Below, one piece after another: positions 11,297-24,381 of a DNA stretch of 40,053 nt. A program made the position numbers and the translations under genes. Source of the stretch: Batkoa obscura (taxonomy: Eukaryota); the NCBI GenBank assembly GCA_030770535.1, contig JASVEC010000153.1, forward strand, positions 1-40,053. The letters are read 5' to 3'. The first letter of the stretch is position 1; each line of letters starts with the position of its first letter. Below the pieces are notes generated by a model. It did no database searches. It was not told the DNA's origin and was given only the letters and a program-made list of their open reading frames with translations.

Positions 11297-13921
11297 TTAA
11301 ATTGAATCTAATGCCTTTAATAAATCTGTTTGAAACCCAACCAACTTATTTTTCTCAGATTGATGAGAACCAAGATAATATATCACATTACCTAAAGGTC
11401 TTAAGAAATAGCCATCGTTCACTTTATTAATATGCTCAATAACTTGTTTAGCTAAATTCGAAGCATAATTTCTATTTTCTGTTTTTAAATAAACTGCTAA
11501 TAAAGAACCGATTGATATCACTCCGTCTACTTTTTCATGCTTAGAAATTTCACATGTTAATGTAGTATCATATAAATCCGTAATAAATGTGCTATTATTA
11601 TTATTATTGTTATTATTATTTTCATCTTGTCTACCAAATAATTTTTCATATTCTTTTAAACTAGCTAATGCAGCTTGACAACCAATTGGATAAGCAGTAT
11701 AGGAATGGCCATGTAATAAAGAATCAATTTTATCTTCAGATAAGAATGCATTATAAACTTTATCATTAGCTAAGGTTACTGATAATGGTAAATTACCCCC
11801 AGTTAGTGCTTTTGAAAAGATAGATATATCTGGTTGAATATTTAACAATTGGGTTGCTGACATTTTAGATAACCTATAAAACCCTGTAAAGACTTCATCT
11901 ATGATAATGAGTTTGTTTTCATGTTGTAATTTATTAATTAATAATCGTTGGAATAATGGATCAACTAATATCATACCGCCTGCTCCCATAATAACTGGTT
12001 CAATTAATAAAGCGGCTATTTCTTTTTTATTAGGAATATTATTATATTGCTCATTTATATAGTTATTATATATTTGATATAATTCATCCTCTTCATTCAT
12101 TCGTTGATTTAAATTAAATAAACTATTTAACAAATTATCTTTTGTATTATTATTATCATTGTTATTTTCAATAATGTATTCCTTATTATTCCATTCTAAC
12201 TTGACTACAATTTGGTTATTTTTAATCTTAACATTAGGACTATCCAACCATACCCCTTTACCTGAATACCAATCTACTTTTTTATTATAAACGCTAGGAT
12301 TTGATGCATCCATAGCACCAATAGTATCACCGTGATACCCTCCTTTTAAACCAATAACAATCAATTTATCAACATCTTTCTCCTTTAATTGGTTAATCTT
12401 CTTATAGCTTGTCAATGCCATTTTAATTGCTACTTCAATACCAGTTGAGCCATTATCTGAAAAAAATACCTTATTAGCCCATCCTTTACCAACAGTAGAT
12501 AATAATTTGTGACTCAAATCATAAGCTGGCTCATGAATATTTTCTGGAAATAATAAATGACCATATTTACTATTGGCATATACCATTTCCATACCAATTT
12601 TATAATTCCCATGACCTAAACCTTGGGTCCACCATGAGGCATTAGAATCCTGTTTTTTACTTAAACTGTTATCTTCTGAGTTATGAAATTTGATATCATC
12701 TTTATACGCAGATTCTATTACCCCAATCGATTTTAATGTTTGATGTTGAGTAAATGGCCACCAAATAATATCTTTACTTTTATCTTTCATTTCATTTAGT
12801 TTGGCATATCTAATATTAATTACAATAAATAAAATAAATTAACTTAATACTATAAACTTACTTTTTTTCATAATATTCCATCAACTTTTGATTAATGTTT
12901 ACAAAACTATCTTCATTTTTTATAAAATAATTCTCCAAATTTTTTTCATCTTTAATCTTATCTTCTAACATACTTGGTGGTTTTTCAATTGAATGAACTT
13001 GAATTCCTTCTTTATTAAAGTATTGTTTTAAGTATTCATCATTTTCATATTTAACATCTTGAAACAAACAACATTGAATTACATCATACCCTCGAATTTT
13101 TAAACTTTCATAACTACTAATAGTAGTACTAATTCCACCAAGACGACTATCACCAATCAAAATTACTGGGTAACGTAAGGAGCGATATAAATCAGCTTGT
13201 AAACCACCTAACAAGAATTGAATTAATTGTTCTACTTTATTACTTTTGTTTATAAATAATTAATAATTACCTGATAAAGTAGGAGATAATACACCTAAAA
13301 TAAAGTAATTTTAAATTAATTTTAAATTAACTATTAAAAATATATAGTTTTTTACCACCTGCAGATTCAATAAACAAAGTAGCTAAATTATTATCTAATT
13401 TTTTATTATAATTGTTAATATTCAATTCGATTTCTTGTAATACTTCTTCATCTTCAACTATTCTATCTCGTGCTAAATGTGGACTCACTGCATTTGGATA
13501 TTTAAATAATGTTTTGCCAGTAAGTAATGGATTATTTCTATTATATTTCAATATATGTCTATAAATAAAATATTAAAAATTAAAATAATAAATAATAAAT
13601 AATAAATAATAAATAATAAATAATAAATAATAAATAATAAATAATAAATAATAAATAATAAATAATAAATCTTATTAGCACCTCAATAATATATTTGATC
13701 AATTATATAAACATAAAAATCTAATAATTATAATGTTTAATTTACCTGGTATCTGAATCTTCTGGATATCCAGTTTGTACTGGTTTTAAATAAAGAACAG
13801 GTTGATTTAATTTTAATGCTCCTCGTACCAATAAATTACTAAATATTGTTTTTCCAACTTCAGTATTATTAGATAAGATTAAATATTTATTTAATCGTTT
13901 GTTAAGTAAATTATTTAACAT
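11297..13921 (-). CDS. bioDA: Bifunctional dethiobiotin synthetase / 7,8-diaminopelargonic acid aminotransferase, 5 exons
   Basis: Exons 13921-13746, 13558-13356, 13294-13271, 13207-12862, 12809-11297 join in one frame. DTBS motifs SNNTEVGKT, LYLKPVQTG, SPHLA, IESAGGVLSP, LGGISTT; aminotransferase motifs WWPFTQH, ASWWTQGLGHG, SDNGSTGIEVAIKMA, YHGDTIGAM, DEVFTG, SKALTGG, HGHSYTA, RPLGN. Confidence 0.96.
13583..13670. repeat. (AAATAAT)n heptanucleotide microsatellite in bioDA intron 1
   Basis: About 12 perfect tandem units read directly. Confidence 0.95.
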
Positions 13922-14791
13922 GGCTGTGATAAATGCGAGAAGAGAAAGCTGAAAAAGTGAAAAGAAGAGAAAGTGAAGATGAATGATGTTTTCGATTTTT
14001 AATTTTTGATTTTTTAGCAAACTACTTTAGTTGGAAGTTTTTGATTGGTGAATACACGCCTTTATCTAAATTTCTTCAAAGAAAATAATATCTGTGTTTT
14101 ATTGGTAGAGTTTTTGATTAATAGTTTAAATATCAAAATAAAATAGCCTTATTTTATTTTCTATTAGCTTGATAAGTTAATCAAATTTAGATGTACATAA
14201 TATTTAATTTAAAGGGATACAAAATCCTTAGTTTATTACTGAAAAATTTAATCAATATGATATGTTAAAATTCAAGTATTTAATATTATAATGTGAATTT
14301 TTTGACTAGCATTGATTCTGGAATAAAAATGCTCTAGTTTATCCCAAAATTAAAATTATAATACTTAAATTTTACATTCTTTAAAAATACTTGTTTTGAG
14401 CTATTTCAAAATTAGTAATAAGTTACTGCTATTTACATATTTATATGTTGGAATTGACATAAATAACATGTAGCAAACTATCCGATAAGATAAGTTAATG
14501 AAGCCTATCACGATACAACATTAAACGTCAAGTGATACAATTCTTAAATTATTGTTATGATTTAATTTAACTCAATGTCTTCATAAAGTATATGCTAAAA
14601 GTTTGATATTGGAATATTGTTCTAAATTTCATGGATTTAAATTCCATTTACGTCACATTATTTGGCTATTTTTAATTTTCCATTGTAAAAAAATGGCTAA
14701 ATTTTCCCACCCTAAAAAAAGAATTATAAAAAGCAACAATCAAGAACATAAAATGTAAAAAAAAAATACAAATATTAGCTTTCAAAACAAA

Positions 14792-17273
14792 ATGAAACAA
14801 ATGGATTACGTATTACAACAACGTAAAGATATAATACAAGCTAGATCAGAAGGAAGTATTGATATTGATGAATTAACATCTATTATCTATGATAAAGAGT
14901 TTATTGATTCTAGACTAGAATTTGAAGATATATTGAAGAATGAATCTTTATTAGATTTAAGTAAAGATGTTCATTTATCTAGACCTGAGGTAAGAAATGA
15001 AATAGAATAACATATATAGTTTTGTTGTTTTATGATAGATAATGATATTAAAATAATTCCTTTAGAGATATTTAGAAACTTTAAAAGCATGTAAAAGATT
15101 AGTGGAATTAAAATATGAAAATAATCTAAATGTTCAACAATTTGTTAAATTAATCAATTATTCCGATCTCATTAATCCAGTAAGTTTAACATTTATCTTA
15201 ACTAACAATTAGCACTTAATTAGTAACTAATATAAAGTTCCATTTTTTTAATATTTATTTTTTTATCTTAGCTTATGCTTGATTTTGGTATGTTTGAAAC
15301 AGCTATTCGTACCCAAACTTCAAGTGAACAATATGATAAATGGTATAAAGACGTATTAGATTTTAAAATGTTAGGATGGTAAATACAATTAAATGTTAAT
15401 TTATAAAAAATAGAATATTAAAAATCAAATTATATTTTACTATATAGCTATGCTCAAACTGAATTAGGTCATGGTAGTTCTTTATCAAATTTAGAAACCA
15501 CAGCAACATTAGATAAATCCACTGATGAATGGGTGATCAATTCACCTACATTAAGTGTAAGTTATTATATTATTATATTATATTATTAACTTAATTTAAT
15601 CCCTTCTTTTTTTATTTTATAGTCAGCTAAATTTTGGCCTGGTGCTTTGGGCAAATTTTCCAATCATGCTATTGTTTATGCCCAGCTTATTATTGATAAC
15701 AAGAGTTATGGACCACACGGCTTTTTAACTCCAATTCGATCTTATGAAGATCATAAGCCATTGAAGGGGATTATACTAAAAGACATTGGACCAAAATTAG
15801 GTTATGAGGGTATGGATAATGGTAAGTTAAATTGATTTTATCATTTCAATTAAAGTTGGAAGTAAAATAACTGATACATTATGATTAGGTTATGCTACTT
15901 TTAATCAAGTACGTATTCCAAGAGAAAATATGTTAATGGGGTTTTCTACTGTAAGTAAAGAAGGTGTTTATAAAAAACCCCCTCATTCAAAGATCGGCTA
16001 TGCTGTTATGGTAATTATCTATTTTAAATCATTTTTTTGTTTGATATAAATATTTAATCTCTCAAAATAGACTCAAACAAGAGTAGGCATCACTCAGTAC
16101 AGTGCAATTTCTTTAGCAAGAGCTATTACTATTGCCATTCGTTATTGTTTAGTACGTCGCCAAGGAGTTGATAACAACAAATTGGAGCCTCAAGTAATTG
16201 ATTATCCCCTCGTACAATATCGCTTATTCCCTATACTTGCTAGTACTTTCTCATTAATGTTCGTATCTCGATGGATGTTAACTACATATCAAACAATGAT
16301 GTCTAATATAGCTGAAAAAAATGATTTTTCATTATTACCTGAAGTGCATGCCATTAGTTCTGCCTTAAAAGGATATTGTTCTGAAATGGCATCCAACATG
16401 ATTGAAGAAGCAAGAAGAGCCTTAGGTGGTCAAGGATATTTAAAAGCATCTGGTTTATCGGAATATTATAATAGTTTTATACCTAGTATGACATATGAAG
16501 GAGAGAATGGATTATTAACACAGCAAACAGCTAGGTTTTTATTGAAGCAATATAAAATGGCTAAAAATGGTCAATTAGTAGATATTACTAAAACTTCAAG
16601 TTATATATTGAAGTTTATAGATAATGGAAAACCAGAACTAAAACAGAATGTTTTAGAATTAAACGAGAATGATTTATTAATTGAATTAATTGATCTATTT
16701 TCTTATAGAGCTTACTTTTTGTTAAAGAAATTAAATTTAGCTAATCAAAATTTACCTTGGGATGCATTGTCTCTTGATTGTTATAAATTAACTAAAGCTC
16801 AATCCCAATATTTAGTTATCTTACAAACTTATAATGGAATTCAAAATCTTCCTTCAACTGTGAGCCAATGTAATATTAATATATTAAAAGTATTATTAAT
16901 AGTTCATATTATTACCATTCTTGATCAAAATATTGGTGATTTTTTTGAAGCTGAAATTATTACATCTAATCAATTAACTGGACTTCGAGTGCATATGACT
17001 GAATTATTTAAAACGATTCGACCTGAAGTTGCTAGACTAACCGATGCTTTTAAATTTACGGATCGTTACTTGAAATCGGATTTAGGCCCCTTTGAGGGTA
17101 ATGTATATGAAAAGATTGTTGATTCATTAGATAAAAATCCATTAAATACAATTTATTCCGAAAATGAAGTTATTAAAGGATATAAAGAATATATTCAACC
17201 GTTAGTACATGGGGAAATTAAAATGAAATATGAAAGGGAAGCACCAGTTAAGAAGGTAGTGTCAAAACTTTAA
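14792..17273 (+). CDS. POX1: Peroxisomal acyl-CoA oxidase, 7 exons
   Basis: Exons 14792-14989, 15066-15179, 15272-15378, 15448-15556, 15623-15821, 15889-16010, 16071-17273. Motifs [52 protein letters not shown] (catalytic Glu) and C-terminal SKL (PTS1). Confidence 0.96.
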
Positions 17274-19163
17274 AGGGAGAATGATTTAATAAAATATTAG
17301 TAATGGTTATGATTGGCTTATTTTTGTATTTTTAGTTTGAAATTAATAATAGTATTAATTGTGATAATTAAAATCGACTTTTTGCTATTATTGCCATTAA
17401 TCTAATAGTTTCAAAATTAGTCGATTGTGATAAATATAAGATTAACAGAATTTATTTAGAATTATTCTAAAATGAAATTAATAAACTTAATATTATTATT
17501 TCGTTTCAATTTTATAATTTTTTAAATTTCTATATATTTTCACTTCACAAGAAACTTTAGTTGCTTTTGAAATAATTTGAATCTTTGTTTATTTAGTGAG
17601 TTAACAATTGAAATTTCAATCAAATAAAAAGCAAACGATATAAAGTTTAATACGATAATTGGAAGAGTAGAATGAATTTAAGTAAGTTTAATGTAATAGT
17701 TTTATTAATTTGTTGATTAGATAGAATGAATTCGATTCATTAAAACAATAATAATTCAAGCCTTAGTCAGATAATTAACATTAAAAATAAAACTCATACC
17801 AAAGATAGAATTCATTTATAAATATAACATTCACTTTTGTAATTCAGTAAATCGTATCTAATATTTTTAACAGACTCAAAGATTATACTATGATAATCAT
17901 GAAATAGTAATGTGACCAATATAAGCAAAAGCAGCTGTCAATAGACATAGCTTATGATTTAAGTCTCACATTATTATCGTTGGTAAGCAACTCTTAGATA
18001 AATGCTCTTTCTTTTCTAATTACAGATTCTCTAGAATCGAAATTGAGGATTAAAATAACATTAACGAGTTATAAATCAATCAATCAACTTTAAAGGGTGA
18101 AACTACCAAAGGTTAATTAACACTAAATCTAAAAGGAACATCATAGCAATATTATAGTTGTTATAGATACTTATAATTTTAATCTTTATAATAATGAAAA
18201 TGGATTGATATTTAGGTAAGGAATTTTATTTTTAGATTTTTAAATTCAAGATTCAAAATTATTATGTTTATTAAGTTGAAGTAAAATAATAGGGAATATG
18301 TTATCAATAGTAATAATGAAAGTAATTCAAAAAACAATTTATTGAATTTGAATCAATGAATCATTGAGAATAATAAATTGTACACGTTTATGAGAATTAT
18401 ATCAGCAAGTAATACACTTCAATCTTAAATTAAAAACTAACTCATCAATTATGTCTTTGATTGTAGAAGTAAGTGATATGGTTTTAGTAAGTTCGACGCT
18501 TTAAAAAATATTGATAGACAATTGACAGAAAAAAACTAGAATGTCGATTTTTAATAACGTATTTTTATGGTTGTATAGATAATCTAAAACGACTGATACT
18601 TAGTTATTAAATACTCAGTCCAATCTATATATATTTAAAAGCTTTAGCTCAAGGAAATCTACCTTAACTAATGATAAGCTCTAAAATTCTTTTGTTCCTG
18701 GTTCATAAGGTAATTTATTAACTTAATAAATAACTTAATTTGAGTGATTAGTCGTAGTCTTATCGGATTTTTATTACTGATTTATTTGAAGATGGAAAGT
18801 GAAAACATGGGAATGTTTTTTATTGTCTATTACTCATTTTTACTACTTTTTTAAAACTCAACTAATTTACCTATTTAAGTTCGAATGTATGGTAGCAAAT
18901 GATGAGTTTTGTAACTAGGTATCTGTTCTATCATGCTGTTTGATGCTTGTTGATTTAGTTTTTATTCTAAAATGAATGATTAACTGCACATATTCAAACT
19001 TAAACAGCATATTAACTAATTAAGATTTATTTTAAAAGTAGTAAAAAAGGGCAATAGAGGAAAAAACATCTTCATATGGTTTGAATTTCTCAAAGGAAGT
19101 GATTTTAAGTAAAATGGTAAATAAGGATTACTTTATTAAGGCTTTTTTTGAGATTTAGTATAT

Positions 19164-19261
19164 GGGAATGTTTTTTCGGTTTCATTACTCTTTCCATTTT
19201 TTAAGCGCTATTTGAGCGGAAAATTTGTTAGTAAAATTCTTAAACACAAAAATACAGCCCC
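19164..19261 (-). mobile_element. MITE copy, TSD ATAT
   Basis: ATAT-GGGAATG..ACAGCCCC-ATAT; reverse-orientation consensus body. Confidence 0.9.
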
Positions 19262-19440
19262 ATATTATTTGAGTTTTTGTTTAATAGGGAAAGAAAAGTT
19301 GGTAGTTTTAAATAGGATTTGTTGCAGATACTGAATAGGCTTTAGAGGGTTAAAAAGGAATAAAAAATAACTTAATAATTCAGTAGAGACAGCTTTTTTT
19401 ATTAACTTTTTTTTATAATTATAAAGTTAAATAGTCATAT

Positions 19441-19635
19441 GGGTATGTGTTTTTGTTAAGAGTTTTACTAACAATCTTTCTATTTAAATAGCGCTTAAAA
19501 ATAGAAAAGTAATGGAATCAAAAAAAATATCTCCATTTGGGGATGTATTTTTGTATAAGAATCTTACTAACAAATTTTCCGCTTAAATAGCACTTAAAAA
19601 GTGGAAAAAATAATGAAGTCAAAAAAGACACTCCC
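19441..19635 (+). mobile_element. Two head-to-tail MITE copies (19441-19534 and 19539-19635)
   Basis: ATAT-[copy]-ATTT-[copy]-ATTT; second copy has a perfect ATTT TSD. Confidence 0.9.
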
Positions 19636-19683
19636 ATTTCTTGTTTCTTCCATTAAAGCAGAGCTTAAATTTAACTACACTAA

Positions 19684-20075
19684 ATGTACATACATTGTAA
19701 TACGATTCACTTCAGCATTATTTCTTAATTTACGACTGTTGCTCAATTAGATCGAACTCAAAAAACCCGTACAAAAATAGCTTCTTGATTTATTAAAAAG
19801 CAAACTTTAGAATTTCTATTAATTATTATAATTAAAGGGTATCCGCGCGAACGCGTTTACCCCACCACCAAAAATTGTCCAGTGTTATCAGAGTTAACTG
19901 ACATGGAAACTCTCAAAGCCGAGGTGCAATGCAAAGATTGTTCCCAGCCCCTTTGCCTTTATGATCACAAAGAGACCCTGGCAGGTAAGTAAAGAATTAC
20001 TAATATTGATAGCTGAAATTTATAGCCCAGTTTGATACTTTAGAAATGCTTAGTTGTGGGATTGTTTCATTTTAG
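19684..20075 (+). CDS. Small spliced Cys-containing protein (~75 aa), possible distant Churchill-like zinc-binding protein
   Basis: GC-richer island; proposed exons 19684-19696, 19751-19768, 19838-19984, 20026-20075 give MYIHYRTQKTRYPRERVYPTTKNCPVLSELTDMETLKAEVQCKDCSQPLCLYDHKETLAAQFDTLEMLSCGIVSF*. Last intron has a GTAAGT donor and CTAAT motif; the first two exons are uncertain. Confidence 0.4.
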
Positions 20076-21436
20076 TATGAATTTTAATTGGTTGAAAGTA
20101 AAACAAACTTTTTTGGACAAGAATAAATGGGAAATAGAAATTAAATTTAATATTGAATTTTTGCTAATAGTATCTTGGTTTTTAATTTAACTACTTTTTT
20201 AATTGTTTAGATTTAATAGACATTCTTTGCTTATTGCTTCTATTGTTTTAAATGAGTAATTTATTTTTTTAATTTACATGTGATGTGTGAAATTATTTAA
20301 ACTTACTTTTTTTACTAGTAAACTTGAGGTCAATTGAGTGAAGAAATTCTTTTTGAATAGTTGCTCCTCTTTAAAAATAAAAGGTAACATTGTCTTATTT
20401 TAAATCTTTCCAATTTTTCAGTTTTCAAGTTTCAAAGTTTTAAGAATTAATAGTTTGTACTTTGAACAATAATAGGGCAAGGAAATATGGTACAATTAAT
20501 CACAAAAGAGTATAGACTATAATCTCAATAGTGGTTTTTATTTATTTTAAATTCTAGTCAAAATCAAGTACATCATTAAATGATATTGGATATTCAAATT
20601 ACAATAAAAGGTTTTGAATTATACAATAAATAATAAATAGAACACTAAATGCTTAAAATATCTTTGTTTTATAATAGTAGATATCAGAATTACTAGTGTT
20701 CTTGATTTACATAAAAACATTTTAACAGTTAAAAGTTCTTGTATATGTTATAACGTGCACTCTATAGTTAGATGAATGTTTTAAGATAAATAGTAGATGA
20801 AGTCGTAAAATTTCAATTTCAACAATGAACATCATTATATTATATAAAGCGAATTTTAAAATATGAATGAAATTTTACGATAATTGGTGATAGTTTGCTT
20901 TTAATGATTTTACTCTAATATATACACGTAAATCAGCTTTTAGGAGTTAAAGATACCTATACCTTTTATAATTCAGTGAAATGCTATGAAAATTTGAATG
21001 ATATAATCAATGGTCCATGTAAAACATTTCTTTAATTAAATTTATGAAATGTAGCAATTTCTGTTTAAAAACAATAAAGTATAGTGAATGAGTGGATCTC
21101 TCTCATATTCTTAGCTGTATTTTCATAATTTGCCTGATTAAAGCAGTGACATATTATACTCAGCTGAAAGTACTACGGCTTTTAATAAGTTATAATTTAA
21201 AATAGCCAAACATAAGTCAATTGAATTGAAAGCTATCAAGATTTTTAATCAGCTGCTTTGAACTTATAAAGTAAAAAATTTAAGGATTTGTATATATAAA
21301 TAATTAGATTACTTAAAACGGATGTTTATCTTCCATTATATAAGTGAATAATATTTACCTCTATCTGACCAAGATGTATCTTTGAATAGTTATTTAAATT
21401 AAGAGTTCAGTAGAAGCTGTAGAGCTTGTAATATAT

Positions 21437-21534
21437 GGGGATGTATTTTTGTGTCTAACAATTTTACTAATAAATTTTCCGCTCAAATAGCACTTAAAAA
21501 TGGAAAGAGTAATGAAACCAAAAAAAACATTCCC
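21437..21534 (+). mobile_element. MITE copy, TSD ATAT
   Basis: ATAT-GGGGATGT..ACATTCCC-ATAT. Confidence 0.92.
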
Positions 21535-21711
21535 ATATTTAATTTGCATTCACATTAATTTGAACAATTTTAAGTTAGTACTTATAAGAAGATTTTTTGT
21601 CCATTAATCGATAGGCTTAAAATTAATTAAAAAAACAAGTTTAAGCATTGTAAGTGATTCAAAAATTCAAAAAAATTCTCCTTTTTAAACTTCAACTACT
21701 TTCTAGCTCCG

Positions 21712-22965
21712 ATGCAACAAACCAAAGAACAGCCATTGTTTCAAAAAGCATCAATAAAGAAAACAATTTTTAATTTATTTTTTGTAATTGTATTAATTTA
21801 TGGATTTATAACCGATGCGATTACTACAATTAAACAAGAAATTAATACGGCTATCTCTTCAATCAAAACGACATCTCATTATGATCGCATTGTATTTTTG
21901 AACTCAACTGTCACTCATTATAATACTGCATTTCATCCTAAAGGGATCCGTTATAAAGGAGAAATAGTTGTTTTTAAAGATGGCTGGTTTGAAACATGGG
22001 AAATACATGAGGGGTTCCTACCAGGGTTTGCGTTTAAAAAGGAAAAGAGCCAAACGATATGGGGTAGCAAAATAAAGAAATTGAAAACCAATTTAAAAGA
22101 AGAAGGCTATAGAAAAATAATTATAAAACAGTTACATTTTAAATATGCAAATGATCCGTTTTATTTTAATATGAGTAGCAATTCAATTGAGTTAAAACCA
22201 ATTGTTCAACATGAGCTTTTTGATATCCTTCAGATAGACAGCACACTTTTAACTAGGTTGGATGAAGTGATTAAAACTATGGCTTATTATTTTAGCGCTA
22301 GATCTATTAACGCTTATGGCGAAAGAGCAATGGGTATTCTCTTTGGTAAAAATTTTCCACTTTATAGTGAAGGTTTAATTTGGGCAGTTAAGCACCGATT
22401 TATTAGTCATTTATTTGAAACTATTAGTAGAGATGAAATTATCCCCAGTATCACTGATCTACAAGATTGGATGGAATCCTTTTTATTTACAGAATTTTAT
22501 AAATTTATTTATTGTGAACGAGTGGATGGTTCATGCGATGCTATTAAAAATGCGTTTGGTTATGGTTGTTTTTATGATCAAAACTATGATACGAATTTGA
22601 TCAAAATATCCTTCCCCTTTATACAAAAAAGTTGTGGTGCATTGCGTCAAATTATTCACTATGATAACCCATATCTTGCTATTTTTAATGTACAAGATAT
22701 CCATTCCCCCTATGGTCCTAAGTTTGTTTTTAAAGATATACATCGACTTGTTCATAATCCTAATTTTAATAAGGATTCATACAAATCTTATGAGAAAGTA
22801 TATAATGAAGTTGTCAAAAATAAAGCCCTTGCTAAAAAGAAACTTCGGCCTAAAAGTTATTTCAAGGATTGGCTTAGTTGTAAGAGTAGTTATTCATTTA
22901 AAGAGCCTTTTTATATATCTGCTTTTTATTTACATCGAACTGTTCCATTTGATGATGATTATTAG
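21712..22965 (+). CDS. Hypothetical single-exon protein with N-terminal transmembrane anchor
   Basis: 417-aa open frame in very AT-rich DNA; hydrophobic stretch IFNLFFVIVLIYGFI; no family recognised. Confidence 0.75.
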   Translation: MQQTKEQPLFQKASIKKTIFNLFFVIVLIYGFITDAITTIKQEINTAISSIKTTSHYDRIVFLNSTVTHYNTAFHPKGIRYKGEIVVFKDGWFETWEIHEGFLPGFAFKKEKSQTIWGSKIKKLKTNLKEEGYRKIIIKQLHFKYANDPFYFNMSSNSIELKPIVQHELFDILQIDSTLLTRLDEVIKTMAYYFSARSINAYGERAMGILFGKNFPLYSEGLIWAVKHRFISHLFETISRDEIIPSITDLQDWMESFLFTEFYKFIYCERVDGSCDAIKNAFGYGCFYDQNYDTNLIKISFPFIQKSCGALRQIIHYDNPYLAIFNVQDIHSPYGPKFVFKDIHRLVHNPNFNKDSYKSYEKVYNEVVKNKALAKKKLRPKSYFKDWLSCKSSYSFKEPFYISAFYLHRTVPFDDDY

Positions 22966-23253
22966 TGGGGTGGAAGTTTTAAGTAGATGCGCTTATTTCA
23001 TAAGTTTGTAACTTTAATTTATTATTAATTTTCTAATTGCTTTATTAAATATTATCCTTTTAATAATATATTTTCGTGTTTTTATTGAGTTATTGCTTTT
23101 TGTTGATTTTGCTTTGTGAATATTTTTAAAATTTGCTAAGTCCAAAGGTCTATTTAATGCTTACATAATAATATGAAAACAAAATAGTTAATTGACTAAT
23201 ATTAAAATTAAATCTTTGGAAAGTTTATTTTATTATCTGACCAAATCAACAAG

Positions 23254-23347
23254 GGGGATGTATTTTTTTGTTTAAGGATTTTACTAGCAATTTTTCCACT
23301 TAAATAGCGCTTAAAAAAGTAAAAGTAATGAAATCAAAAACATCCCC
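23254..23347 (+). mobile_element. MITE copy
   Basis: GGGGATGT..ACATCCCC; TSD not preserved. Confidence 0.88.
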
Positions 23348-23441
23348 AATTAATCATATTACTATAATTAAAATATTATTTCCTCTCTCAAAAAAAGAAA
23401 GCTCAATTTGATACTCGTGTAAATGCAAAATGGCAACAAAT

Positions 23442-23540
23442 GGGGATGTTTTTTTTAGCTTCATTACTTTTTCCATCTTTTAAGTACTATTTGAATATAA
23501 AATTTGTTGGTAAAATTCCTAAACATAAAAATACATCATC
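23442..23540 (-). mobile_element. MITE copy, TSD AAAT
   Basis: AAAT-GGGGATGT..ACATCATC-AAAT. Confidence 0.88.
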
Positions 23541-23751
23541 AAATGCCAATTTTTCTAAATTTACTGGTAAATTTTGGATATATAAGTTTAAAAGTTTTAA
23601 TGACATAGCTATTAAATCCCATTTATGAGTAGTTATTTACATATTCTAAAGATAAAAAACGACAAATAACTTATTAAATCCCTATGTTTAAAAAATTATT
23701 ACTTAAAAAATTACTCCTAATAGTACATGATTGAACTTTGATAATTTAAAA

Positions 23752-23997
23752 TCATTAACAATCTTTCCACTCAAATAGTGCTTAAAGGATGGAAAAGTAA
23801 TGAAGTCAAAAAAAACATCCCCATATGACTAAATTTAATAAATTTTTTGATTTTGAGTTAAGTTTGAAATTATTAAATATAGAAATACATCACCATATGG
23901 GGATGTTTTTTTTGGCCTCATTGCTTTTTCTATCTTTTAAGTGCTATTTGAGTAGAAAAATTGTCAGTAAAATCTTTAAATACAAAAACACATCCCC
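23752..23997. mobile_element. MITE cluster: 5'-truncated + copy (~23752-23822), decayed remnant, full - copy (23899-23997, TSD ATAT)
   Basis: Termini ACATCCCC-ATAT at 23822, ACATCACC-ATAT at 23894, and ATAT-GGGGATGT..ACATCCCC-ATAT. Confidence 0.85.
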
Positions 23998-24288
23998 ATA
24001 TAATATACTAATTTAATACAATAGCAGATTTATTTAATAATTTATTATTTAAGTTATATAAAATACAGAAGTAGAATTTTTAGTTAAAATTAAGTTTGAC
24101 TGGATTTTTTTGCTATAGTTAGTTAACTTTTTTAATAAGCTATTTAAATATATTTGGCTATTTCTTATGAACTTTGATTTTATTTCCAAATCTTATGAAT
24201 TGTAACAAGACCCAAAAAAACTTATAGCTAAAATCGTATTAATCTTTTTATATTGTATAAAAAGTTATAGCTAAACTATCTGATATTT

Positions 24289-24381
24289 AAGGATGTATTT
24301 TTTAAGAATTTTGCTATCAATTTTTCAGTTCAAATAGTGTTTAAAAGATGGAAAAAGTGATGAAGCCAAAAAAACACTCCC
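24289..24381 (+). mobile_element. MITE copy, TSD ATTT
   Basis: ATTT-AAGGATGT..ACACTCCC-ATTT. Confidence 0.85.

Noticed and set aside
13922..14020. ORF-track N-terminal extension of bioDA resembling a signal peptide
   Set aside because: Begins at TTG; the first ATG is at 13921, so it is probably pyrimidine-rich 5'UTR.
19770..19800. In-frame TGA suggesting selenocysteine or readthrough
   Set aside because: It falls within a plausible GT-AG intron (19769-19837) and no SECIS was identified.
23440..24016. Short ORFs with MGMFFLASLLF (also 27557-27763, 31058-31240, 32924-33136, 33314-33502)
   Set aside because: They are chance translations of MITE copies, not a protein family.
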